Positions 17,660 through 27,448 of a DNA stretch of 64,000 nt are shown one piece after another. A program made the position numbers and the translations under genes. The stretch comes from a virus. Location of the stretch: positions 1 to 64,000 of the IMG/VR virus record IMGVR_UViG_3300045996_000607, one strand, 5' to 3'. Below the pieces are notes generated by a model. The model ran no database searches. It was not told where the DNA came from and saw only the letters and a program-made list of their open reading frames with translations. Position 1 is the first letter of the stretch. Each line of letters opens with the position of its first letter.

Positions 17660-18051
17660 GGCGTTCCCTCCCCCACCCCCGCGCTGCCGGTCTTGCCGGG
17701 GCTGAGGGCTTGCAGGATCTTGTGCAGGTCGCGGAGATCAAGGATCGCGCCGCCCAACAGGATGTTGATCTTTGCTTCAGCATGGCCGCGGCATTCGAGC
17801 ATGACGTTGAAGGCCCACGCATCCACCGTCTCTGGATCGAGCGTCGATGCGACCGGGCGGGTGTTCCATGCGGCGATTGCTTCGGCTTGCGTCGGCACCC
17901 TCTCATTCAAAGCGCATGTTTCGTTGTTGCAGACCACCTGCCAGCGCGAATTTCCGAGGAAATTGCTAACATCCTCAAGTAGAGCCTCCCCGTCGCAGAG
18001 CGGACACGGCTTGATCTGCACCACCTCTGCCGGCGCGCTTGTTTCAGTCAT
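17656..18051 (-). CDS. Lar-family restriction alleviation-like protein
   Basis: KPCPLCDGEA...VVC...C...AEAIAAWNTR. Confidence 0.7.
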   Translation of the reverse strand: MTETSAPAEVVQIKPCPLCDGEALLEDVSNFLGNSRWQVVCNNETCALNERVPTQAEAIAAWNTRPVASTLDPETVDAWAFNVMLECRGHAEAKINILLGGAILDLRDLHKILQALSPGKTGSAGVGEGTP

Positions 18052-18270
18052 GGCGGCGCTCCCCTATCTGCAAGCAGCGGGGACGCTCGCGTTTAGCCTG
18101 CGCACGTTCTGCGGCGCGGCGTTGCTGGCGCGTCATGGTGCCCTCGGGGATGGGTTTGCCGCTAGGCTTGAGGCGCGGCTTCGGCTTCGACACGCTCAGT
18201 GCAGGCGCCTCCGCCAAAGCCCCCAATGCGGCCAATCCGGCAAGGCCCGACAATCCGACCAAAGTACGCA

Positions 18271-18852
18271 TCACCCCTCCTCCCTCTGTTCGTTGCTGGC
18301 ATCGTCCCGCCCTCCGTCGTTGGGGGTGGCTTTGAGGGCGTCCCTGCACATATCCGCCATTTCGCGGTTGCGATCGGCCTTCTCATCACCGTCGGCGGTG
18401 CACTTCAGCCGGTGGCACTGCTCGTAGAAATCGAACTTGTCGGCGCACTTGCCCAACGCCTCCCGAAGCCGCTCCAAAGCCTCCCCCGTCTCGCCGCTAT
18501 GGGAGGGGGAGAGTTCTTTCACCGCTCGACGCACAGGCCCGTCGTGCCCGAGCGCTTCAGCACGGCGCATCGCCTTCTTGAGAATTGCCGACCCGATTTC
18601 ATCGCGGATCGCGCGCGCCAATGCCTTGTCCATTTTACCGGCTGCGTGCATCGCGTCTGTGATCGCCGAAAGGAGATCCACACCCTCCAGTGATTGGGCC
18701 GGCATTGCGGCTGCGGGTTCGGTGAAGGCGGCGAGGATGGCATCGATCGCTACCTCAACCGGCACCAGCGGACCGGGTGTTTCCGGCCATGGCTGGGCCT
18801 CAAGAAGCGCCCGCGCTTTGCGAGCGCGTGTTTCCAGATCATCGGCTGACAT
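18271..18852 (-). CDS. Phage hypothetical protein
   Basis: Coupled ORF in the leftward early operon. Confidence 0.55.
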   Translation of the reverse strand: MSADDLETRARKARALLEAQPWPETPGPLVPVEVAIDAILAAFTEPAAAMPAQSLEGVDLLSAITDAMHAAGKMDKALARAIRDEIGSAILKKAMRRAEALGHDGPVRRAVKELSPSHSGETGEALERLREALGKCADKFDFYEQCHRLKCTADGDEKADRNREMADMCRDALKATPNDGGRDDASNEQREEG

Positions 18853-19333
18853 TTTTCCGGGGCCTCTTCTTCTCTGGAGGAATGGCGTTGTCGCGCACTC
18901 TGTTGTGGGTCATTGCCTTGCACACCTTGCACTGGCGCCATCCCTGCGGACGGATCTGCAAGTTGTCGTTCTCGAACGGATGCCCTCGCGCACAATGGGT
19001 TTTGCGGGCATTGACGGCGGTTGGGCCTATTCCGCGGAGCGTGTTCTCTTTTGGGGTGACGGCCTCCAAGTGCTGGGGATTGACGCATCCCCGATTGCGG
19101 CAGAGGTGATCGATATGCTTCCCCTCGGGGATCGGGCCGACGACCAACTCGTATGCGAAGCGGTGGGCCGGTACGTTAACCCCGGGCGACACTGCGAATG
19201 ATCCATAGCCATTCCCGTTGTCAGTGCCCGCCCACTGCCAGCACTGATAGGGGCCTGCCATAGTCACCTTGGACCAGAAACGAGCAGTTCGCTCCGCTGA
19301 CCCGCTCCGCGCCTCGGATCGGGAGTTGGTCAT
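18839..19333 (-). CDS. HNH homing endonuclease
   Basis: RFWSKV..CWQW.G, AHRFAY, DHLCRNRGCVNPQHLE, KTHCARGH. Confidence 0.9.
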   Translation of the reverse strand: MTNSRSEARSGSAERTARFWSKVTMAGPYQCWQWAGTDNGNGYGSFAVSPGVNVPAHRFAYELVVGPIPEGKHIDHLCRNRGCVNPQHLEAVTPKENTLRGIGPTAVNARKTHCARGHPFENDNLQIRPQGWRQCKVCKAMTHNRVRDNAIPPEKKRPRKNVSR

Positions 19334-19503
19334 AGGGAGGTGTCCTTGGTGGCGCGCAATGCGGCAGCTACGGCGGCATAGTTCGCGGCTTCGGTCAGAG
19401 CGCGGTCACGGCTCGTATTACCCGGCGGCAGTTTGTAGTGATGGCGGATCGCAAGCAGCATCGAATGATCGCACCGCTCGATTAGTGTCTCTCGCTCTGT
19501 CAC
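19330..19503 (-). CDS. Small hypothetical protein (57 aa)
   Basis: GTG start overlaps upstream stop and its stop overlaps the HNH start; fills the gap exactly. Confidence 0.5.
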   Translation of the reverse strand: MTERETLIERCDHSMLLAIRHHYKLPPGNTSRDRALTEAANYAAVAAALRATKDTSL

Positions 19504-20315
19504 TCCCCCTCCTCCGCTTCGGGCTGCGGGGTCGCGGGGGCGAGGGCTTTTCTGGCATCAGCGCGGGCGCTCAGCGTGTCGTACTGCCAGTCGCCAGCCC
19601 AATCAGCGTCGATCCCGCTCGCGTTGGCAGGATCAAACAGCGGCCAAGCCATATTCACATCATAGCTTTCGTCGCAGTATCCAGCGGCAGACGGCCCGGT
19701 TTCCTTTAGTTCTCGCGCGTCCCATCCGGCTTCGAAGGCCTCCCGAATCCTATCCACCAAATCCCCACCCGGCTGCACTGCCGGGGTAACGCGGCCCGAT
19801 CCTCCGCACCGCATGCAGGGATGATCGCCGTCATCAATGTCTCCGACGCCAGCGCAGTGCCCACATTCGATATCGGGCACGGACGGCTGCACTGCCGGGG
19901 CGGAGATAAGGGCGGCTTCAAGGGTGTCTCGCACCTTGTTGATCCAGTGCTCGGCGAAATCGAGATGGTCGGTGATAAATCCGCCGTCTGGGCCTTCCTC
20001 GCCCTTGGCCTCCTGAATGAGCGCCGTTGCCTGATCGAGATCGCCGATCAACGCCCGCAAATCCTGCCCGGAGGATGCTGCTGGCGGGGTCTTCGGGGTG
20101 TAGGCGACAACCTTGTAGTCGCCAGCGAAGCCTAGCCAGCGCTCATCTCCAGCGCGGTCTGGTGACGCCATGGTACGCCAGCCGCTCACACTCTCCATGA
20201 GCACCGGACCGCCGTTCCAATCCGCGGGCGCCCTGTCGTCGCCGTGCCAAGGCTTCATGCCAGCCGGAATATCCTCCCCCGAGGATGCGATGGGGGGCGT
20301 TTGGGGAGCGGTCAT
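19500..20315 (-). CDS. Mosaic multi-module hypothetical protein
   Basis: Modules delimited by repeated PPxASSG and PAVQP linkers; includes DnaJ-like CxxCxGxG pair. Confidence 0.6.
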   Translation of the reverse strand: MTAPQTPPIASSGEDIPAGMKPWHGDDRAPADWNGGPVLMESVSGWRTMASPDRAGDERWLGFAGDYKVVAYTPKTPPAASSGQDLRALIGDLDQATALIQEAKGEEGPDGGFITDHLDFAEHWINKVRDTLEAALISAPAVQPSVPDIECGHCAGVGDIDDGDHPCMRCGGSGRVTPAVQPGGDLVDRIREAFEAGWDARELKETGPSAAGYCDESYDVNMAWPLFDPANASGIDADWAGDWQYDTLSARADARKALAPATPQPEAEEGE

Positions 20316-20488
20316 GCTGCCAGACTCCAGCGCGCCGGCGAGAAGCCATGCCGCGGTCCCGTGCTGATCTCCAGCGTCGTGCCGCAGAAAGCGCACTCAG
20401 CCGAAAAACGGCCCATGTGCCAGTGCGAACGGGTGCAGCCGGGGCAGTGGTTCTGCTGGCCGAGATGGTATTGCGGACGGTAGCTCAT
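20312..20488 (-). CDS. Small zinc-ribbon protein
   Basis: CPGC..SHW..GR.SAECAFC. Confidence 0.6.
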   Translation of the reverse strand: MSYRPQYHLGQQNHCPGCTRSHWHMGRFSAECAFCGTTLEISTGPRHGFSPARWSLAA

Positions 20489-20568
20489 CGTTTCAGCCTT
20501 TCTGGAGTGGGCTGCCCGTCTAGGGGCGACCAGACAGCCCACTCCGTTGCGCGCTCGGGGCGCGGGTC

Positions 20569-20895
20569 TCAGTGGCGGGCCGCCTCGTGAGCCGAGGGCG
20601 TCGGGTTCTTGAACTGACGCAGGTTCAGCTTCGCCTTGGCCCGCTGGGCGCGGTAGCGTTCGGCATCCGGCCGGAGATCGTCGCACTCGGCAACCTTCTC
20701 GTGCAGAGCCTTGCCGAGCAGCTGGTTATTCCGCTGCACCCGGGCGTGTGCTCCTTCAGCGTTCAGGGCGCGCCGTTCGTAGGTGTCGCAGCGATCCTGC
20801 AGGCCAGCGATCTTCGCGTTGGCAATGGCCAGCGGGTCCACGGGCGCCTCTTCCTTGGTGCCGGCGCTGAAGATCTTCTTCCAGTTGCTGATCAT
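20569..20895 (-). CDS. Coiled-coil hypothetical protein
   Basis: Good RBS; helical sequence. Confidence 0.6.
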   Translation of the reverse strand: MISNWKKIFSAGTKEEAPVDPLAIANAKIAGLQDRCDTYERRALNAEGAHARVQRNNQLLGKALHEKVAECDDLRPDAERYRAQRAKAKLNLRQFKNPTPSAHEAARH

Positions 20896-20909
20896 GGTCG
20901 TTCTCCTCT

Positions 20910-21308
20910 CTATGCTGCGTGTTGTTGGGGGTCGGACCAGCGCACGTCATGCTTGGCTCCGAAGGCGTAGATCAGCTCCACCAGGCCGCTGAACTGCGCG
21001 ACCGTGAGCGTTGAGGTCTTCATCCCGACCGGAAACATGCCCTGCCCTTCCAGTTCGGGCAGGAACCGCATCTCGGTCCCCAGCGCGTTCATGAAGCGGT
21101 GCTTGATGTCTTCGGTTGTGAAGGCGTCGAAGCCGGGGACTTGTTGCTGAATGTCCTTGAGCATCGGCCAGAGCTTGCGGTTCTGGACATCGCGGCGGGT
21201 CTCGGCCCCAAGGCGCATGACGTAGCCAGCATCGGCGCCGTCGATCAGGCGCTTGGCGTAGGCGCGCTGCGTCTCCCCGATGAGCCGGACGGCGATCGGA
21301 TTAGGCAT
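20910..21308 (-). CDS. ninB: NinB/Orf-family recombination protein
   Basis: RRDVQNRKLWPMLKDI...KTSTLTVAQFSGLVELIYAFGAKHDVRW. Confidence 0.8.
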   Translation of the reverse strand: MPNPIAVRLIGETQRAYAKRLIDGADAGYVMRLGAETRRDVQNRKLWPMLKDIQQQVPGFDAFTTEDIKHRFMNALGTEMRFLPELEGQGMFPVGMKTSTLTVAQFSGLVELIYAFGAKHDVRWSDPQQHAA

Positions 21309-21648
21309 TTTCGATCTCCTGAGATTTCGCCCACAGCCAGTCCGCGGTAACAAGCAAGTCAATGCCGTAGGTCGCCTTGAAGCCAGCATGGCCCAGCGCC
21401 TCGACGCTCTCGCGCGGACCAAACTGGATCATGTGGTGGACGGGGCAGAGAGGCGCGACACGCTCATGCGTGCGGGTCAGGCGCTGGAAGCCGTCGCTGG
21501 TGACGTGATGCACCGTGGACGGCTCGCCGCACACCAGACAGCCCATAGCGGCTACGCGGTGCAGGTGCCGCCGCTCGACAGCCGTAGCTGGCTTGCGGGG
21601 CCTGACCTTCATCGGGGAGCGCTTAAGAGGCGTGGTGCGGGCCAGCAT
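21301..21648 (-). CDS. Ref/DUF968-like HNH-type nuclease
   Basis: VAAMGCLVCG...HH...PLCPVHH. Confidence 0.65.
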   Translation of the reverse strand: MLARTTPLKRSPMKVRPRKPATAVERRHLHRVAAMGCLVCGEPSTVHHVTSDGFQRLTRTHERVAPLCPVHHMIQFGPRESVEALGHAGFKATYGIDLLVTADWLWAKSQEIENA

Positions 21649-22305
21649 CTAGCCGCTCCCCAGATTGGCGACTTGCTGGAGACCGTCGCGGCGGCTCTGC
21701 CACTCAGCGACGATCAACCCGCCGAAGCCGGTGGCATTTGCCGCCTTCGCATTGGCAACCCGCCATTCGTCCAGCGCCTGTACCGACTGGCAAGCCTTAA
21801 TCATCGTAAGCAGCCGCTCGACTGCTGGGGGCAAAGCTTCCGGCGCGTCAGCTACGTCCCGCTGCTCCTTGTCGTAGAGAGCCTGCCCGAAGGGATTGCC
21901 GAAGGTCTTGAGCGCGCGCTTTTCAGCATCGGTCTCAGCTTCCTTGACGGCGCTCTCGTGTGCCTGGCCCGGATCTGCATCTATACCGTGCCCAGCACCG
22001 ACGCCTTCGCGCACCACAGTGCGGTCGCCGGCAATGACGGTGACGCGGACCTTGGCGATATAGGACACGCCAAATCCGTCCTTTTCGTACTGACCCTTGC
22101 CGATCTTGCGCGGCCTCTCGGCAACGCACTTCAGGTCAATCGTTTCGCGCGACCAAGCGTCGAAGCCAAAAATCCGGTTGGCCTCGTTCTCGGCGTGATA
22201 GCCTTCGATGTACGAAACCTCAGAGTTTCCCTGCTTGCGCGTCTTCACGCTATCCCGATTCAGCGGTGCCTTGAGCTGTTCGATCTGGTCAGGAGTGAAG
22301 GTCAT
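21649..22305 (-). CDS. Rad52/Sak-like single-strand annealing protein
   Basis: SYIEG...EANRIFGFDAWS; AVKEAETDAEKRALKTFGNPFG.ALYDK. Confidence 0.9.
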   Translation of the reverse strand: MTFTPDQIEQLKAPLNRDSVKTRKQGNSEVSYIEGYHAENEANRIFGFDAWSRETIDLKCVAERPRKIGKGQYEKDGFGVSYIAKVRVTVIAGDRTVVREGVGAGHGIDADPGQAHESAVKEAETDAEKRALKTFGNPFGQALYDKEQRDVADAPEALPPAVERLLTMIKACQSVQALDEWRVANAKAANATGFGGLIVAEWQSRRDGLQQVANLGSG

Positions 22306-22976
22306 GCTGCCTTCCTTTCGGTATGCACGATCATGCCGGGGATGGTGACGGGACCGCGCTTGCCTTCGAGGGCCGCGAGTTCGTCAAAGAACCGCTGGCA
22401 TTCGTCACGGCGCTGCGCCCACGCCCAGCGGGCGAATGCGGTATAGTCGGTGACTTCAGCGCGGTAGCTGGTGCGCAGTCCCGTAGCCGAGCGGTCAATC
22501 TTGTTGGCGACAGCCGTGAGCTTTTTGGCGGTTGCAAGGTCCTGCTCCGCGGAAAATCTCTCCTGAAGATCATCGGAGGATTGCAGCGCGGCCAGCGCCG
22601 CCTGCTGGCGGGCATCGGCTTCCTCACGAGCCACGCGCGCGGCCTCATCCTTCGCCTTCTGCCTGGCCGTGCGGTACGGTGTCAGCAGCCGCTTGATCGT
22701 TTCGGCCGCCATATCGCAGCGATCCAGAAGCGGCTTGTATTTCGCCTGCACAGCCTTGGCGGCGTCATCATGCGGGCGCTTCTCCTCGACACGATCGGCA
22801 TCCGCCGCCTTGCGGGCTTCCCGAACATCGTCCAGCAGCTTGTCGAGGGTGGCCTCCTGTTCGTCGTTCGACACCTCGCCTCCGGCAACGGTGTCCGAAA
22901 TGAGAGCGAACAGGTCCTCGATGTGGATGGCGTGCCCCTCCGCTTTCGGGGGGTGGTTGTGACCAATGCCGGTCAT
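22302..22976 (-). CDS. Coiled-coil phage protein upstream of the recombinase
   Basis: IGHNHPP start, IPG near C-terminus; coupled to neighbours. Confidence 0.65.
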   Translation of the reverse strand: MTGIGHNHPPKAEGHAIHIEDLFALISDTVAGGEVSNDEQEATLDKLLDDVREARKAADADRVEEKRPHDDAAKAVQAKYKPLLDRCDMAAETIKRLLTPYRTARQKAKDEAARVAREEADARQQAALAALQSSDDLQERFSAEQDLATAKKLTAVANKIDRSATGLRTSYRAEVTDYTAFARWAWAQRRDECQRFFDELAALEGKRGPVTIPGMIVHTERKAA

Positions 22977-23455
22977 GCGGTCCTCCAGTATCCAAGGCGG
23001 CGCTCAAGCATCTCGATCGCGCGTTCCGTCGTTTTGCCGGCGCCGAGCTGGACCGGGTGAAGCCGGCTCAACTGGCACTCGGCTTCGAACCAGCCATCGG
23101 GCAGCTGCCGAGTGGTGATCGCGCCGAACGCAGGCGCCGTGTCGAAGCGTGCCGGCGCGTTCACGACGCAGGCCTTTCGATTGCGGTGTCGACCCGCGCC
23201 CGAAACGCAGCCAGGTCGCGCTCCATTTCCTCGATGCAGCGGCGCTGCCAGTCATCGAACACGAAGCCGGGACCGTCGCTGGCATAGGTGCCAAGCGTGC
23301 GCGCAGTGTCGCGGGCGTGGGCGATTGCGGGGTCGACAGGCATTAGAAGCCTCCAATCCAGCGAAGGATGAGATAGACGGGAACCGCTACGACAATGCCG
23401 AGACCAGCAAGCTCTCCAGCGCTCCATTGCGGTGCGGCGTTTGCGCGAGCGGCGG

Positions 23456-23707
23456 TCACGAGACGCGCTCCTGCTGAGCCGGATACACACCCGTCTCGAG
23501 CCAGATGCGGGCAGCACGTTCGGCACGGTCCTTCTGCGAATACCGGCTCTCGGAACCCTCTGCCGGCGCGTATCCGCCGACACCCTGCCCCCAGATGCGC
23601 AGACGCCAGTTGAGCGGGGTCTTGAGCCATGACTGCGCATGGTCGACCACTGCGAACCGGGTTGGCTTGGCTTCAGCCTGTACGATGGGCTGCTCAAGCA
23701 TCGTCAC
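23456..23707 (-). CDS. Hypothetical protein
   Basis: ORF in the tightly packed leftward operon. Confidence 0.45.
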   Translation of the reverse strand: MTMLEQPIVQAEAKPTRFAVVDHAQSWLKTPLNWRLRIWGQGVGGYAPAEGSESRYSQKDRAERAARIWLETGVYPAQQERVS

Positions 23708-24083
23708 CTCCCGCGTTGGATGCGGGGGTGCGGGCGCTTCGGAGGTAAGCGGCGTGGCTACGATAGGTGTTTGCCGTGCGCTCGTAATGCTCCTGCAGGC
23801 CGCGCAACGCCCTCGCCAATGTCACGTCGCCGTTCTCATGAAGGAACCGTGCGCGGGTGCCGTATCCAGCGCTCTTTGCCTTATACCAAGGCTGATCGCG
23901 CACCATGGATCGCTCAACACACAAGGTTGAGAGGCGATTGAACCCGCTCGATTGAATGCCAGTAGCGAAGAGCTTCACGGCATCTTTCGATGCGCGATGC
24001 ACGGTCCAGTTATAACCCGGCATGATCTTGACCAGTTCGGCCCGGAAATCGTCCGCGGTGAACGGCTTGTCCTGCTTAGCCAT
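23694..24083 (-). CDS. Hypothetical protein
   Basis: Start MAKQDKPF with RBS. Confidence 0.6.
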   Translation of the reverse strand: MAKQDKPFTADDFRAELVKIMPGYNWTVHRASKDAVKLFATGIQSSGFNRLSTLCVERSMVRDQPWYKAKSAGYGTRARFLHENGDVTLARALRGLQEHYERTANTYRSHAAYLRSARTPASNAGGDDA

Positions 24084-24741
24084 GGTCCACCCCCTGCCCG
24101 GCGTCGGGCGTGAAGGCGGCGAGGATGGCGTCGGCAAGTTCAAAGCACTGCTGCTCGACGCGCTCAGGCACACATTCGAGGATGCGCTTTTCCCATTCGG
24201 CTTGCGTCCACGAGGCATTTGGAGGCCCACGGTGATCTAGACCGCTGCAAGTACCGAGGCCGTGCAGCGCGGCTATACGAGCAATCGCCTCCCGCCTGTC
24301 CGACGCGCTGGACGGTTGCGGGGCTGCGAGGGCTGCGCTGTTGCTTTCGCCCCAAGTATCAGCCTTGCCCTGCGTCGCGATGCGGACGACGCCATTGGTC
24401 GGCACGTCAGCAGGACGCCAGATGCATCCGCAACCATGGCACAGGTGCGAACGATGCGGCGGGTTCGACCCATCAGGCGTGCGCTCGTCGGGCTCGTCAA
24501 TATGTTGGAGCCCACACTTCGGGCAGAACAGCAGCATATCGACCGGCGGAACCTCACTCCGGGGCGCGGCGGCGAAGGCGAGGGCGTCAGCGGCTTGCTT
24601 CACGATCGCCACCGCATCCTCGATCACATGCGGCTCGCTCTCGCATTGGAGGACGGCAACGACGTGCTCCCGCAACACCATGGGAAGGCGCTCAGGCTCT
24701 ACATGCGCACGCTCGCGCGCATCGCTGTTATTGGTCGGCAT
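24076..24741 (-). CDS. Hypothetical protein with zinc module
   Basis: DMLLFCPKCGLQHID...NPPHRSHLCHGCG.IWRPADVPTNGV. Confidence 0.65.
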   Translation of the reverse strand: MPTNNSDARERAHVEPERLPMVLREHVVAVLQCESEPHVIEDAVAIVKQAADALAFAAAPRSEVPPVDMLLFCPKCGLQHIDEPDERTPDGSNPPHRSHLCHGCGCIWRPADVPTNGVVRIATQGKADTWGESNSAALAAPQPSSASDRREAIARIAALHGLGTCSGLDHRGPPNASWTQAEWEKRILECVPERVEQQCFELADAILAAFTPDAGQGVDHG

Positions 24742-25210
24742 GGTCAGCGTCCTTCATGAAGACGATCCAGTGCGTCTTGGCCGCGCTTCCCGACCGGTGT
24801 CCGAACAACGGCTTCTCGGGCGTCATCGAAAGCACGGTCTTCACCGACACCCGATGCTCGTTCCATTTGAAGATCAGCGTTCCACCGGGGCGCAGGACGC
24901 GGAAGCATTCGGCAAATCCGGCCGTGATCTGCTCGCGCCAGCCGGGTTCTAGCCGCCCGTACTTCTGCGCCATTGCGCTATTCACACCATTGAAGGTGTG
25001 CGGCGGATCGAACACGACGAGAGAGAATGCGTCGTCTTCGAACGGCAGGTCAGTGAAGTCGCCGAGCACGTCGGGATTGACCACCACTTCGCGTCCGCGT
25101 GGATCGGTGCAGACCTCCCGCCGCTTGTCGAGAAAGAGTGCGCGCGCATCCTCCTTGTCGAACCAGAACATGCGCGAACCGCAGCAGGCGTCTAGAACAC
25201 GCGCGCTCAT
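24728..25210 (-). CDS. Class I SAM-dependent (probable DNA amino-) methyltransferase
   Basis: VLDACCGSRMFWFDK, VVFDPPH, ECFRVLRPGG.LIFKW. Confidence 0.85.
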   Translation of the reverse strand: MSARVLDACCGSRMFWFDKEDARALFLDKRREVCTDPRGREVVVNPDVLGDFTDLPFEDDAFSLVVFDPPHTFNGVNSAMAQKYGRLEPGWREQITAGFAECFRVLRPGGTLIFKWNEHRVSVKTVLSMTPEKPLFGHRSGSAAKTHWIVFMKDADHADQ

Positions 25211-25773
25211 CGCTCCCCCTCCCCGTTAGCGGCGGACAGGGCGGCGAGGGCCTGGGAAGCTATCTCCGCCTCTTCGCTGACCTCTTCAAAGTCGACGTAT
25301 CCGCCCTCAAGATCGTACATGTCGCCGACGCGCTCGGTGCGCTTGCGTGTGCCGACCTCAACGATCCGCTCCAAGGCCTCCACAAGCTGCGCGTTATCCG
25401 GCACAGACGATGCCGGGGCTGCGAGGGCGTGTTGCGCCTCAAGCACCAACTCGGCCAGCCGATCGTGATTGATCGAAAGCGTGTTGCGCCGGTTCTTGCC
25501 GCCATCGGTCAAGGCAATGACGAAATCCTGCAACAGCCGACGCTCGACCCCCGCCGCCTGCTCTTTGGCGTGGGCGAGGCGGTGGCGGGCGAAGGCTTGA
25601 ACCTCATCCTGATTATCGCACCGACCGGCCAAGATTGACGCGCACCAACCAGCAGCCAGTGAACCGTTCTGCGCGTACACCAGCTTTTCAGCGGCTTCGC
25701 GGTCGGCTTGGATTACGGATGCTAGTTCGCGTGTCATGCGCCGCGCTCTGACGCTCTGAGGATCGCCCGCCAT
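25207..25773 (-). CDS. Hypothetical protein (start uncertain)
   Basis: Operon-coupled ORF. Confidence 0.5.
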   Translation of the reverse strand: MAGDPQSVRARRMTRELASVIQADREAAEKLVYAQNGSLAAGWCASILAGRCDNQDEVQAFARHRLAHAKEQAAGVERRLLQDFVIALTDGGKNRRNTLSINHDRLAELVLEAQHALAAPASSVPDNAQLVEALERIVEVGTRKRTERVGDMYDLEGGYVDFEEVSEEAEIASQALAALSAANGEGER

Positions 25774-26041
25774 TGATGCGTGCAGGTGCCGCCAGCCGTG
25801 CAGTTGACGAGAACTGCGGCAGGGGTGTCAGCGCCGAACGCTGGTGGAACGGGCTTTCTTGTGTGGTGCAGAACGTGGTGCCTGCATCGCGGGCAAGTTC
25901 GCGCGATCATGGTATCTCGCTCGCCCGCCGGGGTCGCGGTCTGCGGATCGGGGGTGTGAGCGGTGGGCGATGGGTAGCCGTGCTCCATCCAAAGGCGGCA
26001 ATCTTCGTCACCGCAAATGCAGGGCGATGTTTGCTCCCCCA

Positions 26042-26569
26042 TCACTCGGCCTCCGATTGCTGGAGGGCGGCGCGGGCTGCGTCCCGATAAGTCACCACCG
26101 GATCGCGGCGACGACGCAGGCGGAACAGGCGCGCGATGGCCCTAAGCCAGAAGCCACCAGCGTCCTCATCGACCGACTGGCCCTTGCGTAGCTCATCCTG
26201 AAAGGCGTTGATCTCGGGCCATCCCATGCGGTCAATCGCGTCGGCGATTACCCGCTGCTCGAAGGTCATCGACTTGTGCCGACGCTCACCTTCGAACCGC
26301 TCGCGTTCGCAGCATTCGACCTGGAATACACTGCTGTCGAATGAGGGGTTGTCGGTCCAGATGCCAGATGGGCGATCACCGATGCCAGCCGGCCACATGA
26401 CCCGATCCTCATGCTCAGCCTCGTAGGCGTCGCAGATTTCGGCAATCAGACTGACAAGGCGCTGCTGGTGCTCGCTCGATAGCTGGACGGGCTCGGGGAA
26501 TATGACCTCGATCAGCGAGACGCCCTGAGGCCCACCCGCTTGCTGGCTCAATGCGGGGGTGGCGCTCAT
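26042..26569 (-). CDS. Hypothetical protein
   Basis: Operon-coupled ORF. Confidence 0.55.
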   Translation of the reverse strand: MSATPALSQQAGGPQGVSLIEVIFPEPVQLSSEHQQRLVSLIAEICDAYEAEHEDRVMWPAGIGDRPSGIWTDNPSFDSSVFQVECCERERFEGERRHKSMTFEQRVIADAIDRMGWPEINAFQDELRKGQSVDEDAGGFWLRAIARLFRLRRRRDPVVTYRDAARAALQQSEAE

Positions 26570-26784
26570 TGCGACACCACGCGGTAGGCGATGATGTCGT
26601 GATCGGGTTTGAAGCCGTTCGGAGCGCGACCCTGCGACAGGTGCTGCCAGTGATAGACATGCGCCTCATTGTTCAGGCCGATGTGTTCGACGCCATCGCG
26701 GAAGCGGACATCGACACGCGCATCCAGAGCAACCGGGCATTCCCCGCCCGCCCACTCGATCCACTCGTTTTCGGAATTCGACAT
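26566..26784 (-). CDS. Small conserved phage domain protein
   Basis: WIEW.GGECPV...VDVRFRDG...W...DIIAYR. Confidence 0.7.
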   Translation of the reverse strand: MSNSENEWIEWAGGECPVALDARVDVRFRDGVEHIGLNNEAHVYHWQHLSQGRAPNGFKPDHDIIAYRVVSQ

Positions 26785-26820
26785 GTTTGCCTCCGCAGCG
26801 GGTGTCGCTGTTGATTTGAG

Positions 26821-27393
26821 TTAGTTGCTTGATCGAGAGCGGCGGGCTTGGACCCGCTCGTTGTGGCAAGTGATGCAGCGGCGGCGCCCATGGTCGCTTT
26901 TCCAGCGCGGCTGACCCTCGTAAGCGTGGCCGCGGCTGCAGAGGTCCGGGCTCGCCCCGTGGCCGGTCCCGCGCGGCGAGCGATACGCTGGCATCAGGTC
27001 GCGAAGAGCAACCCGCAGCAAGGCGAGCGCAGTCGCATGAAGGCGGCTGGCATCGATGTTCTGCGAGCGACCCTTCGCAACCCGATCGGCAGTGTTGCCG
27101 GCGTGCGTTCCGAGCCAAAGGTGATCAGGATTGACGCATGCCGGATTGTCGCAGGAGTGGCAGACAATCATGCCCTCGGGCACGGGAGAGCCGTTTGAGA
27201 GCTCCCAAGCCACTCGGTGAGCGAGCGTGCTTTTCCGGCGCCTCTCGATGACGCCGTAGCCCCACGCGTTCACGCGGCCGACCCAGACATGGCACTCGAT
27301 GCCAGTGTCGCGGCAAACGTGGAGTTGGAAGTCTTCGGGGGTTACCGACTGTAACACGATATGCCTCCCGCCGGTCATCGGCGTTGAAGGCAT
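26821..27393 (-). CDS. HNH endonuclease, first gene of the leftward operon
   Basis: [28 protein letters not shown]...KGR, C.RGH. Confidence 0.85.
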   Translation of the reverse strand: MPSTPMTGGRHIVLQSVTPEDFQLHVCRDTGIECHVWVGRVNAWGYGVIERRRKSTLAHRVAWELSNGSPVPEGMIVCHSCDNPACVNPDHLWLGTHAGNTADRVAKGRSQNIDASRLHATALALLRVALRDLMPAYRSPRGTGHGASPDLCSRGHAYEGQPRWKSDHGRRRCITCHNERVQARRSRSSN

Positions 27394-27394
27394 A

Positions 27395-27445
27395 TTGCGA
27401 CTATCGCAACTTTAGGTCAAGCGGGAAATTGCGATTGTCGCAATT
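27395..27445. promoter_or_regulatory. OL-like operators / pL
   Basis: TTGCGActaTCGCAA 27395..27409 and TTGCGAttgTCGCAA 27429..27443; TTGACC -35 on minus strand at 27415..27420. Confidence 0.85.
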
Positions 27446-27448
27446 ATT

